From contig OZ287073.1 in NCBI GenBank assembly GCA_965645245.1, positions 2,108,001 through 2,172,000 on the forward strand: DNA of 64,000 nucleotides, in the 5' to 3' direction. The DNA is from Massalongia carnosa (lineage: Eukaryota). Positions 24,580 to 35,913 of this stretch are shown here, piece by piece; the first letter of the stretch is position 1, and every line of letters begins with the position of its first letter. The translations under genes were made by a program, and so were the position numbers. The notes under the pieces are model-generated. The model ran no database searches and was not told where the DNA came from. It saw only the letters and a program-made list of their open reading frames with translations.

Positions 24580-25927
24580 CGAGGTAAGCGCGAAAAGTAT
24601 TGACGGATTTTCGCTTATTTTGCATTTTTCCCCTCCTCTTCTCCACATCATCATCATGAATCGCCCCTCCCATCAGCCCAATTCCGAATGGGAAACTCCC
24701 ACACGTCAGCGTGTACTAGATCTATATTATGACAGTCATATGCCGGCTGCTCAAATATTTAGAGCAACTGGTGTACCCACAACAACTGTGCAAAGATGGA
24801 TCAAATCTGGAGAGCCTCGGCACGATGCACATCCTCGCTCGGGACGACCTGTCAAACTCAACCCCAGAGACGTGCGACATCTTGTGCGTACAGTGACGAG
24901 TTCTAAAGATGGTAGACAAGAATCCTACATGAAGATAGCTAAAGATCTTGGAATTCAAGCTTCAATGTCGACTATTCGAAAGGCGCTTCGAAAAGCAGGC
25001 TTTCGTCGCTGTATGGCCTGTCCCAAGCCCCTGGTTTCCTTGATCAATCGTCGCAAACGTCTCAAATGGGCACGAGAGCATCTGTCTTGGCAAGAAAAGA
25101 CTGGTTGCGTATTATTTTTACCGATGAGAGCACGTTTGAAACGGGACAGAGAGCTCGTCAGTTCGTTACCCGAAGGTCAGGGGAAAAGTACTGTCCTGAT
25201 TATCTGAATAGCTTTAAGCACTCGGGTCGACAGTCAGTCATGGTTTGGGGAGGCATATGTGGAAAGCAGGCCAGCGAATTGGTGGAGTTTAAGAAGACTT
25301 TGAAGAAGATGAAGAGGGGGAAAAACAAAGACCTATTGAAGGACTCGATAACCACCACTGATTACATCAATCAGATCTTGGAACCATGCCTTTTTCCTTG
25401 GTAAGAAGCTCTCAAAGTACAAGGCCACCGTCCCATCTTCATGCAAGACAATGCGAGCATTCACGATTCCAAAGAGGCTCGTTTGTGTCTACGACAACAT
25501 CAGATAGAGGTCATGACCTGGCCCCCTTCGAGTCCTGATCTCAATCCCATCGAGTACATGTGGAGGGGTTGCAAGCAGAAGATCAAACGATATCCTCGTT
25601 TAGTCACGAATGCAAAAGACATATTAATAGCAGGAACGAACGAATGGAACGGGTTGGTGGAGGAAAATAAGCATCTGAAATGGATCAACACGATGCGAGA
25701 TCGTTGTCGGGCTGTGATTAAAAATCATGGTTTTTCCACCAAATATTGAGTGTAAAACAAGCTTCAAATTTTCAGATCAACTACTTCATACATACGTCTG
25801 ACTTCGACATCAATTGTAGAAATTATCATGTTGAATTGAAGGTTTAGTATTTTTGATTGTGGAGGTGATTGAAAGATCGATTTTGATTTTCTCGCTTAAT
25901 CCGTCAATACTTTTCACCCGAACCTAG
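24580..25927 (+). mobile_element. Tc1/mariner DNA transposon (DD34E)
   Basis: TA duplication at 24578-79 and 25928-29. Imperfect ~30-bp TIRs share GAAAAGTATTGACGGATT. Excision restores the LINE-B frame VYSTVVRPA. Confidence 0.95.
24656..25749 (+). pseudogene. Tc1 transposase with a frameshift and a stop
   Basis: HTH region with RSGRP, then FTDES, VMVWG, MQDN-x-SPDLNPIE with 34 residues between D and E. Confidence 0.92.
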
Positions 25928-28346
25928 TACTGTAAACCTGCCTTGCCTTGGCGAAGGTTGCACCCCAGGTTGATGTGGAAATTTTTGTCAATGCCATGGA
26001 TTGTTTGACCATTTTCTCTTGCGTTTTGCGAACGTGCGGTCCCCATTTCAATTTGGTGTCGATTTGTAGGCCCGATACTCTGATGTCCGTTTTAGTTTCA
26101 ATTTCGGTGCTAGCAATATTGATAGATGCAGTCATGTTGAATCTTCTGGGATTTCTGGACAAGTGTATGAGTTCGTACTTCGTCGGAGCGAATACGGACC
26201 CGTGCCGGGAAGCCCACGTCTCACATTTTCTGTGTATTGCCTCTAGAGTTTTGCAGTTTTCCTCGGTGCATTTTCCATATGCCAAAATCTTTGCGTCGTC
26301 TACGAATCCTATGGCACTTGTGTTTTTGCCTGGTCGATCACATATTTCCAATAGATCTGCATTGTAAAATAGGTAAAGAATGGATGACAGGGGAGAGCCC
26401 TGTGGGATACCCGTTCTTACCGCAAACCGCCCAGTGACTTTTCGATTTATTGCTAAAGTGGTGCTTCGATCGCTCAGAAAGCTGTTTAACCAGTCGGTGA
26501 TCCATTTTGGAATTTTTCTTTTCCGTAGGTTGTGCGTTAGTCGTTGATGTGATACCGTACGGAACGCGTCGGCGACGTCCATGCTTAGCAGTGTGGCTAC
26601 TTTGTCTTTTCCCTGTCCCCAAATCGTGTCAACCTGTTCAGTTAGCAGTTCAAGTGCTGACTCTGTTGATCTGCCCTTCCTTGCTCCCATCTTTGTATCG
26701 GGTAGGAGCCGGTGGTTTTCCGCCAGATAGGTTATTTTCGATCCAATGATGGATTCCATAACTTTACTGAGCGTGTTGAGCAGTGCAATTGGTCGGTATG
26801 CTTTCGGCGTGGTATAGTCTCCTTTGCCTATTTTTTTCAGCGCTATTTTGTTTGCCATTTTGAAGGCCCGCGGGTGGTACGAGTATGTGACGCACGCCTG
26901 AAACAGAAGTGTTAGTAGTTCGACAAGTATTTCGCTGCATGCTTTGAGTATTCTGTTAGATATGCCGTCTGGGCCCGGTGCCTTATCGGGCTTGAGCCGA
27001 CTCAGGGCCGTCGATACTTCTGACTTGGTGATGATTATTGGGCAGTGCGGCGATGTAGGATAGAAGGATCCTTCTATGTCGCTTAGGTCGGCCGGTGGTG
27101 GTGTGGGAAAGAAGACACCTTTCAGCATTTCGGCTTTTTGGTCAAACGTGTCTGCTACTTGGTCATTGAATTTTAGCATCGGCATTTTGGATACTTCTCT
27201 AGATTGATGACTTTTGTCTTTGGCCCATTTCGCTAGCCGCTATAGTCCCTGAGGCGTTTCGGTAGCCTTATTGATTTCTTGACGAAAGTTTATTCTCCTT
27301 GCCTTTTGAATGATTTTCTGTTTTTTATCATTGGATTTCATATAGTTAGACCAGTCCGTTAGGTCTAACGTGCTGGACCATATGCGGCGTAGTTTCCGTG
27401 TGGCTTTGGTGGCAATGCTGCATTCTTCTATCCAGAATGGCTTAGCATATTCGCTAGATTTTGCCTATGGAACTGCTTCGTTGATGACATTTTGTAGAAA
27501 TTTTTGAATCGATTCCGTGTACGCATCAATCTCGGCAGTGGTACGGGGAGACTTCGGTATAGGGGCGTGTCGTTCGGCCTCCCTTAATTTTTCCAGGTTT
27601 AGAAGTTTCCATGCTCTGCGTTTGATTTTCGGTTGCGGCTCGCTTCCGAGTAGGATGCGGGTTGATATCGGCACGTGATCGGACGATTGATTCAATTCTG
27701 GTCTGGACATGCAGTGTTCGAGTCTTTCGACTAGGTATTCTGGCATGAAAACCAAATCTATCGTGCTAGACGTGTTTCTTGCTTCCCATGTTACGGTGCC
27801 TTTCGGCAGTGTCAACGAAAGATTATGATCATCGATTATTTCCAGTAATTGATCAGCAGCAGCGTGTTGTGTGGGTCTTGAGGGGCCATTCCAAAAGGGG
27901 ATGATGCAGGTTGAAATCTCCAAGTAGTATGTGATGCGCATCGGCGGTAAGCATGCTCCGAGCCGCCGGTAAGGTCGTGGGACTGTCAGTAGATGAATAG
28001 GAAGCGGGAGAGGGGTTATACACATTATGGACGTGAATTGTTTCCATAACGCCTTCGGTGTAGGTCTTTATTTTCAAAGTGCACATGTCGGCCGAGGTGA
28101 ACTCCACCTCCCAGCTGTCAGTATCTATTAGGTCGTTGACATAAAAGCACACTCTGGTGTCACCTCCTGGGCGGTATAGGAAGTGAAAGCCGCTTTGATG
28201 AGAACTAAGCGACGTGGGGGCAGATGGATTGCGCCACGGTTCCTGTATTGCAATAATATCATAGTCCTGGGTGTTTGTGTCTGCTAAGAGGGGTATCATA
28301 GTACTCACTCTGTCATTTCTGACATTATACTACAATATAGAGAGGG

Positions 28347-28517
28347 TGTAACGGTTCGACCAAGCGTGGTGCGGACGGCAGGACCTACTGCGAACATAGC
28401 AGGAGTCCCAGTTATAGTAGAATAGAGCTTGGTCTACGGACTAAGTATTGTGCCTTTTGGTCGGGAAGGACAGGTGGCGCAATGGTAGAAATCTATTCAC
28501 TATCTCGCTTCGTCACA
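28347..28517. mobile_element. 171-bp solo LTR inserted in the start of LINE-B ORF2
   Basis: TGTAACG...CGTCACA termini, GAGGG 5-bp TSD, second copy at 31771. Confidence 0.9.
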
Positions 28518-28534
28518 GAGGGGTTTTGTGTCCC

Positions 28535-30010
28535 TCATAGGATTTCCATCGTTTCGGCCGCTGTGTTCGATGTGACCTGAGTTCCTGCCGTTAATGCTAC
28601 GGAATCTGCACGAGGCCTACCCAGCACTGGTTTTGCTAAGGCCTTTACTATATTTTCAGGATTCATGATGCCTATATTAGCCCAGGTTGGTGCGTCGTCT
28701 ACCCGATGAGGGCCCGGGGGTGTGCCGGATGAGGGCGTAGCGTTGTGTATTTTTCTTTTCTTGCCGTTTAATATCTTCCACGTTGTCGGAATTTCGTCCG
28801 TTTGTGTGACTGTGGGTGTCGACTCTCGTTGAACTTGAAATTGAAATGAGGGCGGCTGTGATTCAATTGTATAGAGGGGGGCGCGGTTTTGCATTGCTAT
28901 TTCAGTTTTCGCTTTTCAGCTAATCTGACTTTGAATGCTGTGGACCATGCTTCGTGTCCCTTCTCTCCGCATACGGCGCAACGGCGGTATTGCCCCGTTG
29001 TCTCCAGATTGCATTCTTTGCTTTGATGTCCACCGGCGCAGTGACCACAGGCGGCGGGATTGCGGCATGCTCTACCTATGTGTCCGTATTTTTGGCAGTT
29101 GAAGCATTGAGTCATGGTGCAACCACGTGTGAAGCGCTCGCAGTCCTTAATTTCGTAGCTTTCTATTAGGCCCTCGGTGATGAGCCGGTTAGCCATCTCG
29201 GCGGTGGCGACCTCTATATGAAGCGTCGAGTAGGCTTTTTTCTCTCTAATGGCCTTGATTGACCAGGCTACTTTGACGATCTTCAGGTAAGGGTGCAGGC
29301 GTGCGTTAGCGGCCTGAAGGTAGGTGATGGCTGTTGATTGATTGGCCACTTTGATGTTTTCCACCCTGATTCCATTCGCTCTTACGGTGAAGGTGCGGGT
29401 GTGCACCGCAGCTGAGGTGGCCACCATGCGGGTCCAATCGGTCTTCTTATGCAGGGTCTTCTTTGCTTCCAATGACTCTGCGTGAATCCTGATGTCGCCG
29501 TTTAACAAACGCGACACTCCCCTTATTCCTTCAGCTCCATTTTGTAGTGTTTCTACTAACTCCTTGGTTGGCATTAGCTTCATTTTTTCCTTGTCCGCAT
29601 CTTCCGTGATGTGAACGGTGATTTCCCGGGCACGTCGCGCTTCTCTTGGTGTGGGTGCTTTGTCTTTGCGGGCCTGTTGAGGCTTGACGTTTTGGTACTT
29701 TGGGGGTGCGGGCTCATCTCGGCCTTGCCTTATGGCAGCAGCGGCATAGCTGCGAGGAGTGGTCTCATTGCGCTCTTTGCGTGTCAATAATTGTTGGATT
29801 GCCTGTAATGTGTCACCTATGTTGTTGGGAGTTTCTTCAACTTTGTCATCGACTAGATTTTGCGCTTGCAAAATTTCCGCTGAGTTTCTCAGCAACTGTA
29901 ACGCCTCCGGGTCAACAACGGTGACCACTCTCCTTGATCTTTATGTGTAAACATTCCCTCCTTTCGCTGTGCGCTCTCGAGAGCGCGTTTGTTTGTTCGA
30001 GAATAGTCAT
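28535..30010 (-). pseudogene. LINE-B ORF1 gag-like protein, disrupted
   Basis: CFNCQKYGHIGRAC, CGHCAGGHQSKEC, CAVCGEKGHEAW; in-frame TAG at 28897. Start approximate. Confidence 0.85.
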
Positions 30011-30681
30011 TTTCGCGACAAGTTTATATATAATAATGGTGATTCCATAGATGGGTTATAAAGGGTTGATTTATTTGTATTATAGAAACATATCCTAAAA
30101 TAGTTTAGTGTCATATCCTTAGGTTGAATACACTTAATAAATAAATAAATAAAAAAACTCAAAGCCCACCCATCATGGTCCGACCCCTCCCCAGTGCATC
30201 TCCGCGAAGTCTCCGTAGCAGCGTTGGCTTGTGAAAAACAAATGCAGACAATTAAGTCCCGACAGCTGAAAGTCTGTAACGACTTGTGGAGCGCATAGCA
30301 AAATCGCGTCGCCGAACCCTCCATAGCGCAATCAGTCCCACTGAGCAAAAAACGTCTGAAAATACTCAAGCTGCTAAAAAAGGCAGAAAGCGCCCTGGCA
30401 ACACAGATCCGCACCGGTAAAATCGGTCTAGCTGACTTTCTCTACCAGCGACGGGTCCCCGCCGTCACCTCACCGGCCTGCCCATGTGGCTAGCGCAGAC
30501 AAACTCCAGAACATGTAATTATGTTCTGTAGACTTATTGACAATAGAGAACAGATATTTCGCGCCACTGGCACGAACAACTATCAACAGCTAACCGAAAC
30601 ATCAAAAACTCTGAAGATATTAACTACTTGGCTAATGAAAACAGGTCTACTGATCCAATTCTCACTGGCATCTATACTATT

Positions 30682-31196
30682 TGTCAGGGCATAGAAGGAA
30701 TAAGGGCTAAGCTAACTAAGCGGGGCTTAGTTCTACGGCTAGGCTTAGTCATCTGGAAAGCAGTTGGTCTGCGTTACGCGGCTGGTATCTACTGCCGAGA
30801 GTATAGTACGAGCGATCGAGATATACGAGGATGCTCGTACGATTAGTGAGCGGATGGTACGATACAGTCAGCACAGTGTCCACGATACAGTCAGCACAGT
30901 GTCTACGATACAGTCAGCACAGTGTCCACGATGCAGTCAGCAGAGTGTTTAGCCGGCTTATCCGGTAGGAGTAATGGGCGGTCAAGATAGTTACAGTATC
31001 AAGGGCCCAGAGGGTCAAGGGCTTCGGTCCGGGTATATAAGGAGGCTGCTCGAGGGAGATGCAATCTTCAACGATTAGTCTTCCGCTTTACCTACATACT
31101 TCTTTTAGTATATTAGTATAGCAAATCATTAGTGTCTTCACATTGTCACATATCCCTAGGCCTGGTGTCTGATAATCGCCAGGTCTGACTCTTACA
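30682..31196 (+). mobile_element. 515-bp solo LTR
   Basis: TGTCAG...CTTACA termini, CTATT TSD, TATATAA near 31034. Confidence 0.85.
30861..30948. repeat. 23-bp tandem repeat (~3.8 copies) in the solo LTR U3
   Basis: GATACAGTCAGCACAGTGTCYAC units. Confidence 0.9.
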
Positions 31197-31440
31197 CTAT
31201 TATACAATTAACAGTAGTTTCACTTCTCTTATCCTTCTTATCTCATAAGGCGTTACAGTTCTCACATGATTTTCGCTCTGCGTCTCCTGTCCGACGTCGA
31301 CCCGGTGTCACATCGGACAGGTATCAAGGGATATGGTTTTTACACATGAAAAAGGGTTTCCATGTAACATAACTTAGATAGCTTTGCCCGCATGGGCCGA
31401 CCTACGGCCGGTGACATATCGGAGTATAAATACATCATCA

Positions 31441-31560
31441 TTGATTTGATTTGATTATTCTTACGCCGTTGTGTCACCGGCCGAAGGCCGGCCCATGCGG
31501 GAGATGCTATATAAGCTATGTAATAAGTAGAAAACCCAATGGTAAAAAACTACTCTTGCG
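31441..31560 (-). mobile_element. 3' tail of a LINE/SINE related to LINE-B, with an (ATCAA)n tail; right boundary approximate
   Basis: Shares CCCGCATGGGCCGGCCTWCGGCCGGTG with the LINE-B 3' end. Lies tail-to-tail with 30158-31440. Confidence 0.7.
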
Positions 31561-31770
31561 TATCCGCTTTATCGGGGGTTCGCCGCTCCCGCGGATTGAT
31601 TCCTGTATCTCGAAAATCTGCGATACCTGTTTTCAAACTGAAGAGAGACTGCCCGGCTGCTTTTCAAGCAGTTGCGTGGCAAAATACATCATTATTATTA
31701 TAAAGAGCTATAAAAGTTTTCTTCATGTCGGAAAATCTAGATAATTCCTTTACCATCGCATCATCTGCGA

Positions 31771-31940
31771 TGTAACGGTTCGACCATGCGTGATGCGGAC
31801 GGCAGGACCTACAGCGAACATAGCAGGAGTCCCAGTTATAGTAGAATAGAACTTAGTCTGCGAACTAAATATTGTGCCTTTTAGTCGGGAGGACAGCTGG
31901 CGCAATGGTAGAAATCTATTAACTATCTCGCTTCGCCACA
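31771..31940. mobile_element. 170-bp solo LTR, same family as 28347-28517
   Basis: TG...CA termini, degenerate TSD TGCGA/TACGA. Confidence 0.85.
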
Positions 31941-32755
31941 TACGATATTTCACGTCTTTATCTCTTTTATCAAGAACATCATTATGACTATATATTTTTG
32001 GAGATTCTACTTTTCGAGTTGATAATAATTCTTCTTATGCTCGAATTAGAGAAATTCACGAGTGAAATCACGATCAGATAATGGAACTGCTGCAAGCATT
32101 TCTGCGTGTGATCTGACAAGACGCAGATATTCAAGTCGATCGAAATGTGCAATATTCAAGATCGATATGTTTTCAACGACAAAGCTTTATTAACTTGCGA
32201 AAGCGAATCGACGTATACGTACAGCAATCAGAGATTTTGAATCGTTAACGATAATCTCGCATATGACTTAGCGACGACGAAGCTTGTCCAAAAGAGGCAA
32301 AGAGACTGATGCTGCGCTTGTTACAAGTACGTATATGATAACAAATATCAGATGATTCTTCGACGCTAATTTAAAATCCCAATAAAATGATCTTCAGTCG
32401 AGTGTCATTATTAAGAAAATTAATATCGAAAGAAATTTAAACTAGAATCATTTTGACATCGTCCTGATCGACGACGACGTAAATCTATTCAACGACTGCA
32501 TTTAGCAATGATACGGAATCAATATGAGCGTTTAGTATAAGAAATTTTTCGATCGCTTTCAGTACGCGCGCCGCTTTCGAGATAGTGAAAAAGAAACTGT
32601 TATTGACGTTTCAATTGATATCGAATCGTCGATAATTTCTTCCTCGAATTCGAGGAGGTTAGCTGTTCGCAGGTTATAATCGACAGGACGGATTGCGGTC
32701 GTTGGAAATAATTAAATTAAAAAGATTGACATGATTAAAGCTGTTCGAGCGCATT

Positions 32756-32906
32756 TACGCCGCGTAACGGGTTGAGTTTTTGACACAAATTTCTTTTTCG
32801 CCACCGTGTTTTTCTTTTAAAATTCAACCCGGACACCAAAAATCATAGGGGTCGCCATAAACGTTTTTGGTTTTCAGAAGAGAAATCCGACCCGTTGCGC
32901 GGCGTA
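32756..32906. mobile_element. 151-bp non-autonomous hAT-type MITE
   Basis: ~26-bp TIR TACGCCGCGYAACGGGT and perfect 8-bp TSD AGCGCATT (32748-55, 32907-14). Confidence 0.85.
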
Positions 32907-33113
32907 AGCGCATTTTACCTTCTTCCCTATTGATGCAATAAAAATTTTTTGAAGAAATATCGTCTAGCCACAACAGGAAGAGTAAAGGAGGAACACTTAA
33001 CAAAGTATTTCACACTTGAAATTCAAGTTCTATTTCCTAGGCCAATCGACAATGTTTGGCGAGTCTATAATAGCTGAAAACATAATTCTTCTGCAACGGT
33101 AAATCCCGATTGC

Positions 33114-33354
33114 TGTTATGGTCTACCTAGAACTAGTCTATAGGACACTAGAAACGAAAACTATCAAGATAAAGAAGAAAAGAACAATCGAAAGATAAAT
33201 CTCGCCTCTATATAATCCAGCGCCCATTAGTCCTCAGCCGACTCAACCGCGGCTTATTCCGCTTGTATCAGCCTAAACTCGAGTTCGAGAGTTAGTTCCG
33301 AAGTAGCTAGGTCGATAGTATGGTACCTTAGTAGTGTCGAGTAAAACCGTGACA
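33114..33354. mobile_element. Probable solo LTR, 241 bp
   Basis: TGTTATGG...CCGTGACA termini, TSD ATTGC/ACTGC, internal TATATA. Confidence 0.65.
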
Positions 33355-34457
33355 ACTGCTATATTCATTTTTTTCTTTACAACTGACAATTTTGCGTTAT
33401 TTGATTGAAGTTTATCGCTTTGTAGACTTTAAATGATTTAATATTATTCGTAAACATAATCAATAAACAGCGACTCGATTCAGTTTGAAGTCGACATTGA
33501 AAATCGAGGGATAGAAAATCTTCTCAAGCCTGTCATCTTGTACTCAAAAAATTTCTCGTACTTGATCATCAAACTTGAAAAATCCTTTTTCAGAATTTAC
33601 GATTTTATCGAGTTGTGCACTTCAATGTCATAAGAGTTTTTTCTTCTGTAGATCTTTCTAAACTTTTTCAAATACTCGTTCGTATTCAACGATCCACTCT
33701 GACTCGCTGGAGGAAAGTTTCTGGATGACCGAGTAATTCGCATGGAAGTCAATACAAGTGGAAAGTTCGAAGTTATAATAACTTCGACGGAATTCATGAA
33801 TGCCGAGAATACCGAAATTATTATCACTGCTGGGCCCTAGATTATGCAGCTACTTGAAGCCTCTTCTATATAACTGCCTCTAGCTTCAAGGGCGCCAATA
33901 GCCAACGGGATATTTAGCTTCTCTATTGAGCTGAATAATGAGCAATAGAAGAAATATAGCAATCTGCCAGTCAAATCAGATATTGGCGTTGATACGTACT
34001 CAAAATGTACAAGTATCCCGCTAACCATTCGGAAGTTGAATTCATTTGTCACCCGAAGGTCATGGGTTCTGCAAAGGTTATATGGATCAAGCCCTTTCGA
34101 AATCCGTCAGGTAACAATGCAATATCTACGCCATAGGATGCCTCGGACACTGATCTGGCCGTTAGATCAATATTGGAGACTCGTGCCTAGATGCGGCGGA
34201 GGATGCCCAACTCCAGGAGAACGGCGCGCGAATTCAGTCAGTGCATTCATGTTGGTAAGAATAAGAATTGTATACCTTGCTCGGTTGTTAAATGAACAGT
34301 TGACGGCATAATGTTGAAAATACTACGGAGATGACTGCTTATAGAAGTCATGGCAGCCTGCAGGGCTGAGCTAGAACTAATAGGGCTAAGCGAGTATTCC
34401 AACTATTAAAGAGACGGTATAACTAAGGATCAGATCTAAGTAATTCGGCTCGGGCGA

Positions 34458-34756
34458 TGTCAGGACAGCTTTCTATAAGACAGGAAGCGGTCGTACACTT
34501 CTGCAGGGGGTGCGCGGGAAGACACCCATGCGATAGTCTCAACTGGTCTAATCATGTAATAGCAATTAGTTTGACGAACGTGACCTGATCAAGGTGGGGC
34601 TATAGGATAAACAGCCCTTCGCCTACCTCTTTCGGAGGGCTACTGATCAATCTATTGATTACACTCTACCTACTGCTGTTCTATAGCGACTCCTATTCTA
34701 TTGTCCTACCACTACTGTAGAGCCATATAGTCACACTGTTCGTACTTCGCCTCACA
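34458..34756 (+). repeat. Gypsy-A 5' LTR
   Basis: TGTCAGG...CCTCACA; 8 transitions versus the 3' LTR. Confidence 0.95.
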
Positions 34757-34796
34757 TATTGATCAGTCTTAAAACGAAGAACGGTCCGCCTACGAT

Positions 34797-35913
34797 ATGG
34801 CACCACGAGGTCGTCCTGCTGCATCTGCTAGAGGTAACCCTATTACCTAACCTGAAGGAACTAACGATTCTTCTACAACGCGTACCTCTGGCGAGGGGCC
34901 TGTTAATAACCAGCGACTACCAACTATGGAAGAGATGCAACAGGAGTTGGATGATATCAACGACCAGCGCGCCCGAGCCCAATTGGCAACTAACCTCGAA
35001 AAGGCCAGGGCCGAACGAGACGCTGGTTTCCCAACAGAACCTCCTACTATGACAATACCTATCAGAGCAAAGGAAGTGGACCCTCTTAGTCTCGAAAAGT
35101 CCTTTAAAGTTGCTGACCCTAAGCTTTACACGGGTACTAATCAGAAGGACTATGAGACCTTCATTAGAGAATGTCAACGGACTTTCGAGACTAAACACAT
35201 CACTTATGCGACTGACAGGGCAAAGATTCTCTATGCTGAGAACTTTATTGACGGCACCCCGGCGAATGACTGGCATCGCTAAAGACCAACCCCAGACCAA
35301 CCCTCCTATACGTGGGAAAATATAACTCACTTTTTACAGGATAAACTCAAACCCAAACACCTCCGACTATTAGACATCGGCGGTCAATTAAAAAAGCTTA
35401 AACAACGTCCGGGTCAATCCGTCTCGGAATTGGTTTCTTACTTGGAGACTCTCGAAGATCAACTACTGGACAGGCTTTCGGAGTCACAAAAGCATAGTAA
35501 CCTCTTACATTCCCTACATGACTACTTGCAACGAGCTATTATTCGCGCTAACTCACAAGGCAAGAATCGTGTAGAGTTGATCGAAGCCGCACGAGTGGCC
35601 GAGCGGGTGGAGCCGAATCCCCGACTTTCTTCGCACCACCTCTACTAGAACACAATCTCGTTCTGAAAATAGAGAGAGATTCTCACGGCCGTCGTATGCC
35701 CGGCGATCCTCTACCTATATGAGAACCACCTCTTCTAAGCCCGATGAGCCCAAGAACGCTAACACGACACAGGCTGTGGTTACTCGGCCTAATTCCAAGA
35801 GGCCTCGTGAAGAAAATTACGATAACTTTGGAGTTACATGCTGGAATTGTAAAAAGAAAGGTCACAAACGCTCCGAGTGTAGAGCACCATCTCGAAGGTC
35901 GGGAAAAGCCTAG
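34797..35913 (+). pseudogene. gag: Gypsy-A gag, disrupted
   Basis: Retrotransposon gag-like fragments, knuckle CWNCKKKGHKRSEC, in-frame TAA stops. Confidence 0.85.

Larger units (their letters stand above)
23676..28538 (-). pseudogene. LINE-B ORF2 (APE-RT-CCHC), interrupted by Tc1 and a solo LTR, with stops
   Basis: IQEPW, GDFNLHHP, SDH, KAPGPDG, GIPQGSPLS, FVDD, CSCGWHRQTPEHVIMFC. ATG at 28538 overlaps the ORF1 TGA. Confidence 0.9.
23414..30045 (-). mobile_element. LINE-B, full-length Tad1-clade element without RNase H, (CAT)n tail, 14-bp TSD
   Basis: TSD CATAGATTGGTTAT (23400-23413) / CATAGATGGGTTAT (30046-30059). ORF1 knuckles, APE and RT (GFVDD). Confidence 0.92.
22966..30157 (+). mobile_element. 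Short LINE-A-family 3' fragment (22966-23413 plus 30046-30157) split by the LINE-B insertion
   Basis: C-terminal ...GCVEIEQ. The 3' UTR resumes at 30046 and ends in (TAAA)n/poly(A). Confidence 0.85.
30158..31440 (+). mobile_element. LINE-B-family 3' fragment with (CAT)n tail, interrupted by a solo LTR
   Basis: Homologous to the reverse complement of 23414-24190 (QIRTGKIGLADFLY, QTPEHVIMFC, same 3' UTR). Confidence 0.85.

Noticed and set aside
30007..30414. 135-aa minus-strand ORF
   Set aside because: Spans three unrelated element fragments, so it is a chance frame.
30861..30948. CRISPR-like repeat array
   Set aside because: Units are contiguous with no spacers, lie inside a solo LTR, and there are no cas genes.
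31950..34450. Decayed coding-like stretches, including 33597-33827
   Set aside because: Too degenerate to assign without a search.
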